Below are positions 48,113 to 58,362 of a stretch of DNA of 64,000 nucleotides, piece after piece. The notes below the pieces were generated by a model. It did not search any database, was not told the DNA's origin, and saw nothing but the letters and a program-made list of their open reading frames with translations. The DNA is taken from the NCBI GenBank assembly GCA_038321985.1, contig JBBQFN010000001.1:64001-128000 (forward strand), written 5' to 3'. Each line of letters opens with the position of its first letter. Within the stretch, counting starts at the first letter, position 1. Both the position numbers and the translations under genes were made by a program. This stretch comes from Cyanophyceae cyanobacterium (GTDB lineage: Bacteria > Cyanobacteriota > Cyanobacteriia > Cyanobacteriales > Laspinemataceae).

Positions 48113-48652
48113 TTAGACTAACCGATTGCCACAATTGGCACAAAAACGGTCATTTTCTTTCAATGCTACACCGCATTGGGGACAAAAATTTTTTGGGGAG
48201 GATGAGGTTGATTGTCCCATACTCAGACTCATATTTCCCATCCGCATTTCCATTGGTTTCATTCCCATTTCCATATCCCCTATTTTCAGGGGTTCCATCG
48301 GTTTCGTGGGTTCCATGGGTTCCATTGGTTTCATGGGTTCCATTGATGGAGTTTCTGCGGTTTCCATCGGCATCACTTCGGCTGTACCCAAATCTGGTGC
48401 CTTGGCGATCGCCTTCATGGAGGACCCTTGCAATTGTACATAATGCGGGCCGCGATCGCTTTCTACTCGCAAAATAAATTCGCCTTGACTCCGATACAGA
48501 ATAGGCAGTGCGATCCATTTTCCCGTCGAAAACCCGGTACTCGCTTGTTGCTGTTGACCAGGACCTGTACCGCTGAGGGTCACAATAGTTTGATTGTCCT
48601 GATTGGAAACAAACACCTGTTGGTGGTTACCCAGGTTGCACATATAAGCCAT
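48113..48652 (-). CDS. Zinc-ribbon domain protein with Met-rich repeats
   Basis: MEPMKPMEPMEPTKPMEP...MEMGMKPMEMRMGNMSLSM; C-terminal FCPQCG...FCANCG. Confidence 0.82.
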   Translation of the reverse strand: MAYMCNLGNHQQVFVSNQDNQTIVTLSGTGPGQQQQASTGFSTGKWIALPILYRSQGEFILRVESDRGPHYVQLQGSSMKAIAKAPDLGTAEVMPMETAETPSMEPMKPMEPMEPTKPMEPLKIGDMEMGMKPMEMRMGNMSLSMGQSTSSSPKNFCPQCGVALKENDRFCANCGNRLV

Positions 48653-49059
48653 AACTGAACCTCAAACATTAGGATAACAAGGATTTTTTATAGTTTAGAA
48701 TAGTTTGGTTCAACTGGGGTGAAACGGTCTGAGGAAGAAAAATCTTGAATCTGTGATAAATATCTGGTTTCCCTCTAAAAACGCCCCTTTAACAAGCGGC
48801 ATCGTTTCATTAAAAAGTTTTAGGATATCAGGAAACTCTGACTCGATGGCGACCTTTTTAAAATTATCGATGATTTTTAAATAAAATAGAAGGAAATTTA
48901 TCCCAGTCCTGGGCAATCCTATTTCAAAATAGAGGACGGAATATGGGGACCTCCAAGGGTTTGAAAGGTCTAGCCATTTAGCGTCACTAGGCTGTTTAAA
49001 TATAGAGTAAAAAAGCCCGGGGAATTATTCAATATTAAGCGGTTATGATCTGTGAATCT

Positions 49060-49260
49060 TCAATCTACAACTTTTATTAATCCCATGTGTAATCCTTGGT
49101 AAATTTTATCCACTAAGTCCTGTTCTCGTTCTCCCAGATAACTGCCACAGAGGAGGCGCATCAATTGGGATTGATCTTGACGGCTAATTCGACGAGAATT
49201 TAGAATTTTTTCCGTCAGTTCGCCTATGGTTGATTCAGAAGATCGTTTAGGGGATTGCAT
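49060..49260 (-). CDS. Small hypothetical protein (~66 aa), same helical family as 20456-20641
   Basis: IGELTEKILNSRRISRQDQSQLM...EREQDLVDKIYQGLHMGLIKVVD; GGAGAGG RBS upstream; start ATG 49260 or GTG 49272. Confidence 0.65.
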   Translation of the reverse strand: MQSPKRSSESTIGELTEKILNSRRISRQDQSQLMRLLCGSYLGEREQDLVDKIYQGLHMGLIKVVD

Positions 49261-49371
49261 AAGTATAATCACGGTTAAACTACCTCTCCTTACTTCTCTA
49301 ATTTATGGGTTTTTTCGGTTGACGGGTGTGATGTTCTTAGTGTAAAGAAGCGATCGCGATCGGCAAACTTC

Positions 49372-49387
49372 AGTGATAGGAGTCACG
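49372..49387. promoter_or_regulatory. Possible CRP-family binding site
   Basis: aGTGA-TAGGAG-TCACg matches the GTGA-N6-TCAC core, ~100 bp upstream of the small gene. Confidence 0.35.
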
Positions 49388-49712
49388 GAAAATGCCTAAC
49401 CCAAAGGGTTGTAGCATCCGCTTCCTACCACTCTTACGACTATTCACCCGTTGTTCTTACACCCCTACGGCGATCGCTGCCCAAGGCTTTCCACCGTTTC
49501 GTCAATTGTCTTAAAATTTCGTAATCTGAACTCAATAAAATTGAGCCCAATTCTTGCCCTAACTCTAAAGTTACAGGAAAAGGAGACCCCAGTTCAAGAA
49601 TTTTTTAAGAATTGTTTTAAGGGAACTGGTTTGAGGATATCGCCCTATTTTGTCCGGGTTGGGGTCCCGCGACTGCGCCCCAACCCCTTTATCCTAGGGT
49701 TAGGATCAAAGA

Positions 49713-50501
49713 TTAGGCTTGATTCCAGAGTTCCTTAACTTTACCGGGTAGCCATTGGGCAATTTCGGTAATTCGCTCTTGGGAAAGTTGTTCTTTCGTA
49801 GCAGAAAAGACAGCTTTAACCACCCGTTCCGCATCGGTGAATTCGGGCATCGAACCCTCTTGAGCAATCCGAAATAAAAAGCGATCGTCTTTAATAATTA
49901 AAGGTTGACGAATGCGGCTGATAAATCCCACAAATGGATTGGTATCTTTCCACAAATCGGCAACTTCCATCTGTAGGGTTTTATCTTGGGTCGGCTGTGC
50001 TTCTGTATGGAGTTCAGCGCCAACGCGATCGGCAGCTTCGGTGGTCATTACATCACGCATTACCCGATAGACGACCACGGTCAAATCCCGGGCATCAAAG
50101 ATATCATTGAGGTTACCATTAACCATCACCTTTTCTAGAAATCCCAAATTCTCAGTGGCAATGGGGGTTCCAGGACGCCCAAATCCATCAGCGGGAGAAT
50201 GAGACTCCATTTTTTTAAGAGTTTGGCGGCCTTTTTCCGTTAAAGTGGCTTGTTTTAAAAGAATTTGAGAAGGTGAATTGGCATTTTCTTGACCCTCACT
50301 GAACTGAGCCTTAATATAGGCTTTTTCATTTAAGTAGTCTAGATTATCAAGCAATTCTTTTTGAGTAATTTCTTGCTGGGAAAAATCGGCAGGGCTCAAA
50401 TTTACAGAAGAGGATTCTTCATTTTGGCTGCTTTCTTTAATTTTCTTGAGTACAACGTAAGCTACATCATCTCTTAATTCGGCTGGCATATTATTCTCCA
50501 A
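49713..50501 (-). CDS. DUF2267 domain protein with an N-terminal winged-helix-like region
   Basis: FLEKVM...DARDLTVVVYRVMRD...VVKAVFSATKEQLS...IAQWLPGKVKELW; N-terminal LDYLNEKAYI...ATLTEKG. Confidence 0.75.
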   Translation of the reverse strand: MENNMPAELRDDVAYVVLKKIKESSQNEESSSVNLSPADFSQQEITQKELLDNLDYLNEKAYIKAQFSEGQENANSPSQILLKQATLTEKGRQTLKKMESHSPADGFGRPGTPIATENLGFLEKVMVNGNLNDIFDARDLTVVVYRVMRDVMTTEAADRVGAELHTEAQPTQDKTLQMEVADLWKDTNPFVGFISRIRQPLIIKDDRFLFRIAQEGSMPEFTDAERVVKAVFSATKEQLSQERITEIAQWLPGKVKELWNQA

Positions 50502-51140
50502 AGTACAGTTTTTAACTTTCCATTCCCTCGGGCGATCGCCGAGCGATTAACCCAGGGGTTCGGGGGTTTATTTATTCCCCTAACATTTTATCGTCAGGAT
50601 AAAATAAAATACTCTGTCTTTAGGGTGAAACCCTCTTCAGTCTTCCGAAGTAATTTCTAGAGACTTTAAAGGATACGCAATCCGGTTCTTTTCCCAAAAA
50701 CCGCTAGTCAGTCCGGTGCGGTTTTTACGTTCAAAGCCCACTCTAGCCTGTTATACTTTACCTCCTACTTTTTAAAACTGAATCGGGTATGACATCGACC
50801 CCGACCCCATTGACTTCAAGGTGAGAGGAACTCCCGATAGTTATCATTAAAAGGAGGTATCCTGTTTATTCTCTACCCTGTGGGCACTTGGGGTGTAAAA
50901 TTTTTCTGGGTGGGGAGTTTACGCCAGAAACCTCCCACCCATTTAGGATGGAAGGTTTTGTCAGGCGATCGCTACCCTTATGGAGGCTCCCGAGTAGATG
51001 TCCCTCATCTACAGCACCCTCAAAAAGGGGGAATAAAGGCCGTGAATTCGGTACTTCCCGATGAATGATAACCCGTCTTTAACGGGGATTAAGTCAGTCG
51101 ATCTCGTAGAATAGATGAGAGTTTATCCACTGATTACCCC

Positions 51141-54100
51141 TCATCGTTGTAACAGGAAATGGTCGCCGTAATTTAATAAATCCTCTAGGGTTTCTAAGCG
51201 ATTTTCCCAAGTTTGGATCTGATAGGGTTTTTGCAAGGAATAGAGGTGCATCCACCCCCGAAATTGGCGGCGAAATTCATTCAAAGCAGAATGCGCTTGC
51301 TGTAAATTTTCCCCCGAAGGATCACTCTCCAACTGTTCCAGAGCTTCAGTTAATTGTAATCCTTTATTCTTAAACCCGGTGAAGTCAGTATCTCTCATAG
51401 ATAACTCCTCCGTATCCCGCAAAAATTGCCATTCCCGTTGCAATCCGGCAAACCGCGCTGCTGCTGTGGCAAAGGGTTCGCGGTAGGGAATAGGAGTCCG
51501 ATCGCCCAAGGCAGATGGACCTTGAGTGCGCTGAAAAATCCCCTTTAACTCTGGGTTAAGATTTTCCACGGCAAACAGCGCATATCCTCCTACAGAGTGA
51601 TTTCTTAATGCCTGAATCTGGTCTACTGCAATAATTTCCGGTAGATTCAGCAGACGAATGGCGGGTAACACCAAAGCAGCACCGAGATTCCCCTGATTAA
51701 TCCAAGGTTCTGCCAATTGTTCCAGGCGGTTAGTATCCATTGCATAAGTCATGGGTACAACCAAATCAATATCTCCGCGACGCGCCCATTCTTCCCAGTT
51801 TTGCTGGATTTTGTGGAGGCGATCGTGAGGATTTAACGGAAATACTGCCACGGATAAGATTAAGTCAGAACGCAGACTCCGCAGAAGTTGAGATGCATCG
51901 GAAACAAAACTATCGACTTGACGTACCCGAAAATCCGTCCACTGCTGCCACAAGTCGCGATCGCCAGGACTAATCGTCATCGGGTCCACACCTGTTAAGT
52001 TCTGAAACTCCTGGCGTGCTACCTTGCCATATCCATAACTACGTTCCGCACTAGGGTCCTGAAAGGGATATCGAATATAATCCAACTGCACCCCATCCAC
52101 TTCGTAGCGGGTGGCAATTTCCTCTAACATCCGCAACAAATAACTGCGAACCTCGGGATTTGCCGGGTCTAAAAAGGGCTTGGTTTGCCCTCGGGGAATC
52201 ATTTGTCCTTCGTTGGTATAACCCGCCCAGTCCGGATTAGCCGCAATCAGAGGACCCGGATAATTGGGGTCTAAATTCAGTAAGACATTGTGGCGCTGAT
52301 TCCCGGCAGCGAAGGTCCACACCCAAGCGTGTAACTCCATGCCGCGATCGTGAGCCAGTTTGACAGCGGCGGCGAGGGGGTCCCAATTTCCAATTAAGGG
52401 ATTCTGCTGGGGTGCCACCTCAGAGGGATAAATGGGATATCCAGCATTCACAGTTTCAAAAAAGACTGTATTGATACCCGCAGCCGCAAGAGTATCAAAA
52501 ATCTGGGCTAGACCCTGTTCGGACCCAGCGCGGACAATGGAACCGCGATCTAACCACATGGCGCGGATTTCCGGTTGGGCTAAAACGCCGTTAGTGGGAT
52601 AGTTGTCCCAGAGTAAATCCCGAATTTCCAACCATTTGGCGCGAGCACCGGCATAGTCTTGTTGCTGAACTAATTGGGGGAATTCTAACAGGAGCGATCG
52701 CGCCGTGGCGATCGCCTCAGTCGTCGGGAGAAACGCCTGTTGTGTACGTGAGATCGCCCGAGGGTTATCTTCTTCTACTTCTTTCGTCTCCCCCATTGAT
52801 GCCAGAGAAGCAGAAGCCACAGGAGATTTCCCCATCGTTGCTTCTTCTCGATCCGAAGTAACCGGCTGGGGACCTTGAGCATGGACTGAAGCCGAAATCA
52901 GAGCACTTTCCACCCGTCCGAGGAGATTTTCCAATTCTTGCCGCATCTCGATCGCCTGAAACGAGGGAATCGGCAATGGCCCTTGGTCCACCGTCAGACC
53001 CGGAGGTGCCGTTTCTTCCGCCGGATCCGCCCCGTTTGGGAAGATCTCTTGTACTTGTGCTCTTGGAGTTGGGACGGGGATAGAACTCCCTGGAAATGAG
53101 GGGAGGGGAGAGGTCCGCACAGGTACAGGAACCGGAGTGCTGGGTGGGGGTGGTTCTACCTGTTGCCGCCGTTGGGCTTCCGCGTCCCGCAATTGTTGCG
53201 CCTCGGTATCCGTTGGGGAAGGCTGTACCGCCGGTTGGGGTTCGGAGGTAGTGCTCGGCTGACTGGCTTGAGTTCGGTTAACTAGGGGTCCGCGCCCGAC
53301 TTCGGTTCGCAAGAGGGCCGCCCGCAACCAGGCGCTGTCATACTCGACATCAGTATGGTTTCCCCACTCCCAGCCGAAGAACGTAGTGCGATCGCCAATG
53401 AGTACCGCTGGATTGCCCGGTGCAGGTCCCCAGGTTGTCATCACTGCCGTGTTATAGCCACTGGGCGCTAAAATTCCGCCTGGAATGGGGATCCGGTTGA
53501 CTTCTTGGGGAATCCAATTCGAGGGACAGAGTAATTCCGTGCGGCAATAGAGGGGTTCCATTCGCGTCGGTTGCGATAACTGACCTTGCCAAGTGCCACC
53601 CACAGTTGAGGCTAAAGCATGACGAACTCCCTCCGCCGAATTCACCCCTAAGGGCCCCGAGATGACTGCCTGGACTCCTTGACTTAATAAACTTTCTAAA
53701 GCCAGGGCCTGTTCCACCGTCCAGGTAGAAATATTCGGGATGAACAGGACCGTAATATTAGCGGCGAGGGAATCATCCAAGAGGCGATCGAGTTCAATCG
53801 TCTCATAAACTAATCCAGCCGCCCGCAACCGTTGGTCGATCGCCTCCCATTGGGCCTCATTTTCCGCACTGCGGACCACGCCTAATCGCAACGCCGAGTT
53901 TTCCGTGAGGGGTTGGGTTGGAACTCGACCCCCAGGAGGCGGGGGTGCGTTTTGACTTAAGGAGGTCTCTGAAATCTCCGAAGCTGGTGGAGTCGGCTGT
54001 GCGATCGCCCCTCCGACTGGCGCAGCCAGTAGGGATAAACTGGCTACTAAGGTACCAATTGCCCAGTACCCTAGGTGGGGAATCAACCCCCCCTCGCCCC

Positions 54101-54182
54101 GGTGGGTGTAGATGATGGGCTTAAACCGGAGTTGCACCTTTCTCAAAGATTTTGACAGATGATAACGGCGATCGCTTATCAA
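51141..54182 (-). CDS. Secreted glycoside hydrolase-like 10 (DUF187/GHL10) family protein
   Basis: EIRAMWLDRG, GINTVFFETVNAGY, GMELHAWVW, FLDPANPEVR, VDGVQLDYIRYP, VVPMTY; signal peptide and Pro-rich linker; true start may be downstream of 54182. Confidence 0.88.
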   Translation of the reverse strand: MISDRRYHLSKSLRKVQLRFKPIIYTHRGEGGLIPHLGYWAIGTLVASLSLLAAPVGGAIAQPTPPASEISETSLSQNAPPPPGGRVPTQPLTENSALRLGVVRSAENEAQWEAIDQRLRAAGLVYETIELDRLLDDSLAANITVLFIPNISTWTVEQALALESLLSQGVQAVISGPLGVNSAEGVRHALASTVGGTWQGQLSQPTRMEPLYCRTELLCPSNWIPQEVNRIPIPGGILAPSGYNTAVMTTWGPAPGNPAVLIGDRTTFFGWEWGNHTDVEYDSAWLRAALLRTEVGRGPLVNRTQASQPSTTSEPQPAVQPSPTDTEAQQLRDAEAQRRQQVEPPPPSTPVPVPVRTSPLPSFPGSSIPVPTPRAQVQEIFPNGADPAEETAPPGLTVDQGPLPIPSFQAIEMRQELENLLGRVESALISASVHAQGPQPVTSDREEATMGKSPVASASLASMGETKEVEEDNPRAISRTQQAFLPTTEAIATARSLLLEFPQLVQQQDYAGARAKWLEIRDLLWDNYPTNGVLAQPEIRAMWLDRGSIVRAGSEQGLAQIFDTLAAAGINTVFFETVNAGYPIYPSEVAPQQNPLIGNWDPLAAAVKLAHDRGMELHAWVWTFAAGNQRHNVLLNLDPNYPGPLIAANPDWAGYTNEGQMIPRGQTKPFLDPANPEVRSYLLRMLEEIATRYEVDGVQLDYIRYPFQDPSAERSYGYGKVARQEFQNLTGVDPMTISPGDRDLWQQWTDFRVRQVDSFVSDASQLLRSLRSDLILSVAVFPLNPHDRLHKIQQNWEEWARRGDIDLVVPMTYAMDTNRLEQLAEPWINQGNLGAALVLPAIRLLNLPEIIAVDQIQALRNHSVGGYALFAVENLNPELKGIFQRTQGPSALGDRTPIPYREPFATAAARFAGLQREWQFLRDTEELSMRDTDFTGFKNKGLQLTEALEQLESDPSGENLQQAHSALNEFRRQFRGWMHLYSLQKPYQIQTWENRLETLEDLLNYGDHFLLQR

Positions 54183-54487
54183 ACTTTCTTATTCCTGCAT
54201 CAAAACAGTAAGGAGCAATTCTAACAAGTTTGGGGACGCGTCTGATAACTTTTCTGAGAAACTCAAAAAGGAAAGACCCCATTGGCCCTGATTTCCCGAG
54301 ATTCCAGCGGTTGAAATCTCGGGACTCCTCCGAGTCAAAGACCGATACGTTCTGTCAGTCCCAAGCACAGTAAAATTAGGATATCCCCGATTGGGCCGGG
54401 CGTTCCACAGACCAATGAGTAGGCGGTAGGAAAAAGGGTAGGGGTCAACAGGGTAAGGACTTTGAGATTGATTTAGAGTTAGAGCAG

Positions 54488-54937
54488 TTGCGTCAGGCGA
54501 TGGCACCGCCACCGGCAGCAGAATCGGAGCAAACTGAGGTAGACGATCTCGCGGAAACGGCACCGCATCCAGTCACCTCCCCATCTTCCCGGAAACCGAC
54601 AGTATTAATCGCCCTGATCGCCTTGTTGGCTTTGGCTGTGAGGGGAAGTGCGATCGCCGCACTTAAGGTCCAGCAGTGGGCGCTAACCACCTCAACAACG
54701 ATTGGCACTCAGATAGAAACGGCGAAAAAAACGGTAGATATTGACCTCCTGAAACAGCAGCGCCAAACCCTGCAAACCGTAACGGTTATCCTAGAAAAAA
54801 TTCCTAATTTACCGGGGTTAAACTATCAACAAGCTCAGGCTAATTTACCCCAACTGCGATCACTCCAAACTACGGTACAACTGAACCTAACCGCATTGGT
54901 TGGCACCAGGAATGTCCCATGCAGAAATCTTAAATGA
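54488..54937 (+). CDS. Hypothetical membrane-anchored protein, probably truncated
   Basis: TM VLIALIALLALAV; LEKIPNLPGLNYQQAQANL resembles the helical repeat of 38394-39782; 3' end runs into a DUF433 relic in another frame. Confidence 0.4.
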   Translation: MRQAMAPPPAAESEQTEVDDLAETAPHPVTSPSSRKPTVLIALIALLALAVRGSAIAALKVQQWALTTSTTIGTQIETAKKTVDIDLLKQQRQTLQTVTVILEKIPNLPGLNYQQAQANLPQLRSLQTTVQLNLTALVGTRNVPCRNLK

Positions 54938-55028
54938 TTTGCCCGAGTTAACCGAGGAAGATATCAAAGCTTGTTTGGAGTTTGCCGCTGACTGAGAGGG
55001 CCGCTTAATTGCTGTAGTTTATCGATAG
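54897..55028 (+). pseudogene. 3' remnant of a DUF433 (VapB-like antitoxin) gene
   Basis: WLAPGMSHAEILNDLPELTEEDIKACLEFAAD*EGRL, with in-frame TGA at 54993-54995; N-terminal half missing. Confidence 0.7.
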
Positions 55029-55101
55029 CACTTTGCTCGATCGCCTGGAATTGTATTAATTTACAGAGGCGATCTATATCTCCTCTACCCATTATTTAGA
55101 C

Positions 55102-55127
55102 TTGTAGGGTGGACATTGTGCCCACCT
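55102..55127. repeat. Short palindromic dispersed repeat (GTAGGGTGG...CCCACC type)
   Basis: TGTAGGGTGGACATTGTGCCCACCT. Confidence 0.5.
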
Positions 55128-55194
55128 GCCCACCCAACAATTGCTTCAAGGGATTAAACCCACTTAAAACAGGCACTACTCACCCGCCAATGGC

Positions 55195-57903
55195 TTAATC
55201 CACTGTCTCATTCACCGGGAATCGATTAATTAGCTGAATCGCCCGATAAGCATTCACTTTTAACCCTTCAGAAATGTGAGGAACGTAGGGAATCTGAGAC
55301 AAGAAATCCAATGTTCGACGCAACATCCGCACAATATCACCCTCATCCAGACTGGTATTCGCACAGAGTTCGGGCCATTCCACCCCAAGAGCCCACTCTT
55401 CCACGATCGCAATTAACTGCCGTTCCAACCAAATCGGGAGGGCCACCCGATGCCGATGTTGGAGTTGGAACAATTGCCGACGCTCTCCTTGCAGTTGGGA
55501 TAATGCTCCATCTACCTCTCGGGAGAGATTATAATTCGTCCAATTATCGGGCCGGGAAACCTCTGTCACCAAGGCGGCACAAGCGCAAGCAAACTGATGC
55601 GGTTCTAGCCATTCTAAACAGCCAGACATTAGCGCCAGTCCCAGCCACAACTCGTTATCTCCGCGAATAGCTGCAGCACTTTCCCCCAGAGGTGTCACCT
55701 CAAAAGTCAGGTTCTCAATGGCGTCTTCATCGCCATCCGTTTGGGTTTCCAACTGTCGTAAACATCCCACCTGTTGCAGGATATTGATTAAATCCAGAAA
55801 CTCTTCCCAGTGAGCCGTTAAATGGGTATCTAACTGGTTTCGGACCTTGTTAAGGTCGCTTTCGAGGTTTTTATATCGTTTGAAATGTTTAACTAGGGTG
55901 CCGGGGTGTCCGTACTCGTTCAAGGGATGACCCTTGAGTTGAGCTTGTAAGGCGGCAATTCGTCCCTCTTGTTCCTCCACTTCCGGTGCATAAAAGGTAG
56001 GGACGGAACTGGGAATCAACTGGGCGATCGCCGCTGTGTCTTGATTTCCTTTGCGAGATTGTCCGGGTTTGAGCACCAATTCCACCGGAGGCAAGGGCGA
56101 TTCATATTGATTCCACCGGGGTAGCGGTTCGTGCAATTCCACCACATCAAGTCCGGTCCCCACATACCAGCGATTGCTTTGACTCAAACATACCAAAATC
56201 GGCGATTTCCCCGGTCCCGGTGCTTTGGCTACCAAAACCGCCAAAATTGGCTCTTTGGTGACAATATGACGGCCTTTGAGACTGAGCAATTGTCCCGGTT
56301 CAGCGGTGGGAAGGGCTTGGGCGGCGATTGTCCGGGTCGATTCTAGGGCTTGCTCTTCAAGGGTTTTGAGCAGTTGCTGTTCGACCTTCATCCGTTCTCG
56401 TAATTTTTGATATCCTTTACACAGGTCCTCATCCAACCCTTGTAGCTGTTTTTTGAGGTTCTGCACTTCCTGGGCTTGTCTGGAAATTTCTTGAAGTTTT
56501 GGTTGGAGATGCAGGGTTGCCAAATATTGCCCAAAACTCGATTCGACCAATTCTTTGGTTTCTTCTAAAGTATGGGTTTGCAGCAGGTTTAACACCATGC
56601 CGTAGGTGGGAGTAAACTGGCTCACTAAGGGGTCTGGTCCGACGGTCGCTAAATAGGACGCTTCTTTTGCCCCTTCAAACCGAGTCTGAACCGTGACCAC
56701 ATACCCCCGTTCGTCCATCCCGCGACGACCGGCTCGACCGGACATTTGCAGGAATTCGGAGGCTTTTAAGAGTCGATGTCCATCATCGGTGCGCTTGGAT
56801 AAACTAGAAATCACTGTTGTCCGAGCCGGCATATTAATTCCAGCCGCGAGGGTTTCTGTAGCAAAGACGACTTTAATTAATCCCGCCTGAAAGAGTTCCT
56901 CGACTAATCCTTTCCAGGCGGGTAAAATTCCGGCATGGTGGGCGGCGATTCCTCGTAAGAGGGGTTGAAGTTGTCCGGTGCGTTCCGCTTCGGGATTGCG
57001 CTCTAAAAATTCATGGACTCGTTTGTGAAGTTGTTCGGCTTCGCGATCGCTGACTAGGCTCAGTCCAGAAACTTGGGTAACGGCATCATCGCAGCGGCGG
57101 CGACTGAATATGAAATAAATCGCCGGGAGCATATCCTGCTCGTGGAGATGGCTCAATAATTCTATTAATCCCGGTTCGTCTCGATTGGACCCTCTGCCTT
57201 TTCCTTGGGTTTTAATCAGGCGCTGGTTAATCTTAGTATGATCCTTACTCAGCAGGGGAAACAGTCCTTTCGAGCTGCAAAAGTAAAATTCTAGGGGAAC
57301 GGGTCGATAATCGGAGTAAATTAGCTCCGTTGGTCCATGCACCTGGGAGATCCACTCGGTCAACTGTCCGGCATTGGCAACGGTGGCAGAGAGGGCGACT
57401 AACTGAATTTCTGGAGGACAATAAATAATCGATTCTTCCCAGACGGTGCCACGCTGTCGGTCATTCATGTAGTGGCATTCGTCTAGAACTACTGCCTCGA
57501 CCCCATGCAAAGAGGTCCCCACGGCCCCAATTGAGGTACCGTAGAGCATATTTCTAAAAATTTCCGTGGTCATCACCAGCACTGCTGCATCCCGGTTGAT
57601 GGAGATATCCCCGGTTAGCAGTCCCACGTTTTGCTCTCCAAACTGTTGACGAAAGTCTCGCAGTTTTTGGTTAGAGAGGGCTTTGAGTGGGGTAGTGTAA
57701 AAGACGCGTCCACCCCGTTTCAAGGCACGGTAGATCGTATATTCTCCAATTAAGGTTTTTCCTGAGCCGGTTGGCGCACAGACAACTACGGACCGGCCTG
57801 CTTCTAAGGCGGCGATCGCCTCATGCTGAAATCGATCTAACGCAAAGGGAAACAGGTTATTTGACTCAAATTTTTTCAAGATAGGGGTACTGCTCACGCC
57901 CAA
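55195..57903 (-). CDS. Ski2/HelY-like DExH RNA helicase with DSHCT C-terminus
   Basis: APTGSGKT, TTPLKALSNQK, LDECH, LSAT, FATETLAAGINMPA, QMSGRAGRRG, LDEGDIVR. Confidence 0.93.
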   Translation of the reverse strand: MGVSSTPILKKFESNNLFPFALDRFQHEAIAALEAGRSVVVCAPTGSGKTLIGEYTIYRALKRGGRVFYTTPLKALSNQKLRDFRQQFGEQNVGLLTGDISINRDAAVLVMTTEIFRNMLYGTSIGAVGTSLHGVEAVVLDECHYMNDRQRGTVWEESIIYCPPEIQLVALSATVANAGQLTEWISQVHGPTELIYSDYRPVPLEFYFCSSKGLFPLLSKDHTKINQRLIKTQGKGRGSNRDEPGLIELLSHLHEQDMLPAIYFIFSRRRCDDAVTQVSGLSLVSDREAEQLHKRVHEFLERNPEAERTGQLQPLLRGIAAHHAGILPAWKGLVEELFQAGLIKVVFATETLAAGINMPARTTVISSLSKRTDDGHRLLKASEFLQMSGRAGRRGMDERGYVVTVQTRFEGAKEASYLATVGPDPLVSQFTPTYGMVLNLLQTHTLEETKELVESSFGQYLATLHLQPKLQEISRQAQEVQNLKKQLQGLDEDLCKGYQKLRERMKVEQQLLKTLEEQALESTRTIAAQALPTAEPGQLLSLKGRHIVTKEPILAVLVAKAPGPGKSPILVCLSQSNRWYVGTGLDVVELHEPLPRWNQYESPLPPVELVLKPGQSRKGNQDTAAIAQLIPSSVPTFYAPEVEEQEGRIAALQAQLKGHPLNEYGHPGTLVKHFKRYKNLESDLNKVRNQLDTHLTAHWEEFLDLINILQQVGCLRQLETQTDGDEDAIENLTFEVTPLGESAAAIRGDNELWLGLALMSGCLEWLEPHQFACACAALVTEVSRPDNWTNYNLSREVDGALSQLQGERRQLFQLQHRHRVALPIWLERQLIAIVEEWALGVEWPELCANTSLDEGDIVRMLRRTLDFLSQIPYVPHISEGLKVNAYRAIQLINRFPVNETVD

Positions 57904-58362
57904 AATTTCCTAGTGATTTTGTTGACTGTTTTTTCCCATCGGTTCGCCAGGGTCGCTCGTTATGATCTAGTGGACGCTTTAGTTAGCAGTCGGATGCGTT
58001 TTTTTAACTTTCTCGTCCGCTGCCCTTAGAATTTACTCGCTTCCCAATTGCTTGACCGATGTTTGCGGGGATTTGGCCGTTGGCTGGCTATCTCCCCCTC
58101 TTCTTTATTAAAATCCCATTATTCTTTAGTTGTTATTATAACAATATTCCGGTTGATCCTTCGAGTTGAGTTTATACCCCTTCTGTTTTCAAATAATCGA
58201 CGGGTCAGCTTGCCAATTCTTGGCTTTAATTGTTTAATTCTTTTATTATGACCTGGGCGGTTTTCCTTGTACAGGTATCCCCTGTCTTAAATTCTCTCCC
58301 CTCGTTGAACTCGTTATCTCTTAACAATTGTTAATCTTAAAAAAGACAGGGAGGCAGGCGGG

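Noticed and set aside
48710..48916. Intergenic ORFs such as 48710-48916, 49451-49738, 50880-51068, 58048-58251 and 61174-61398
   Set aside because: No convincing RBS, motif or protein-like composition; treated as non-coding.
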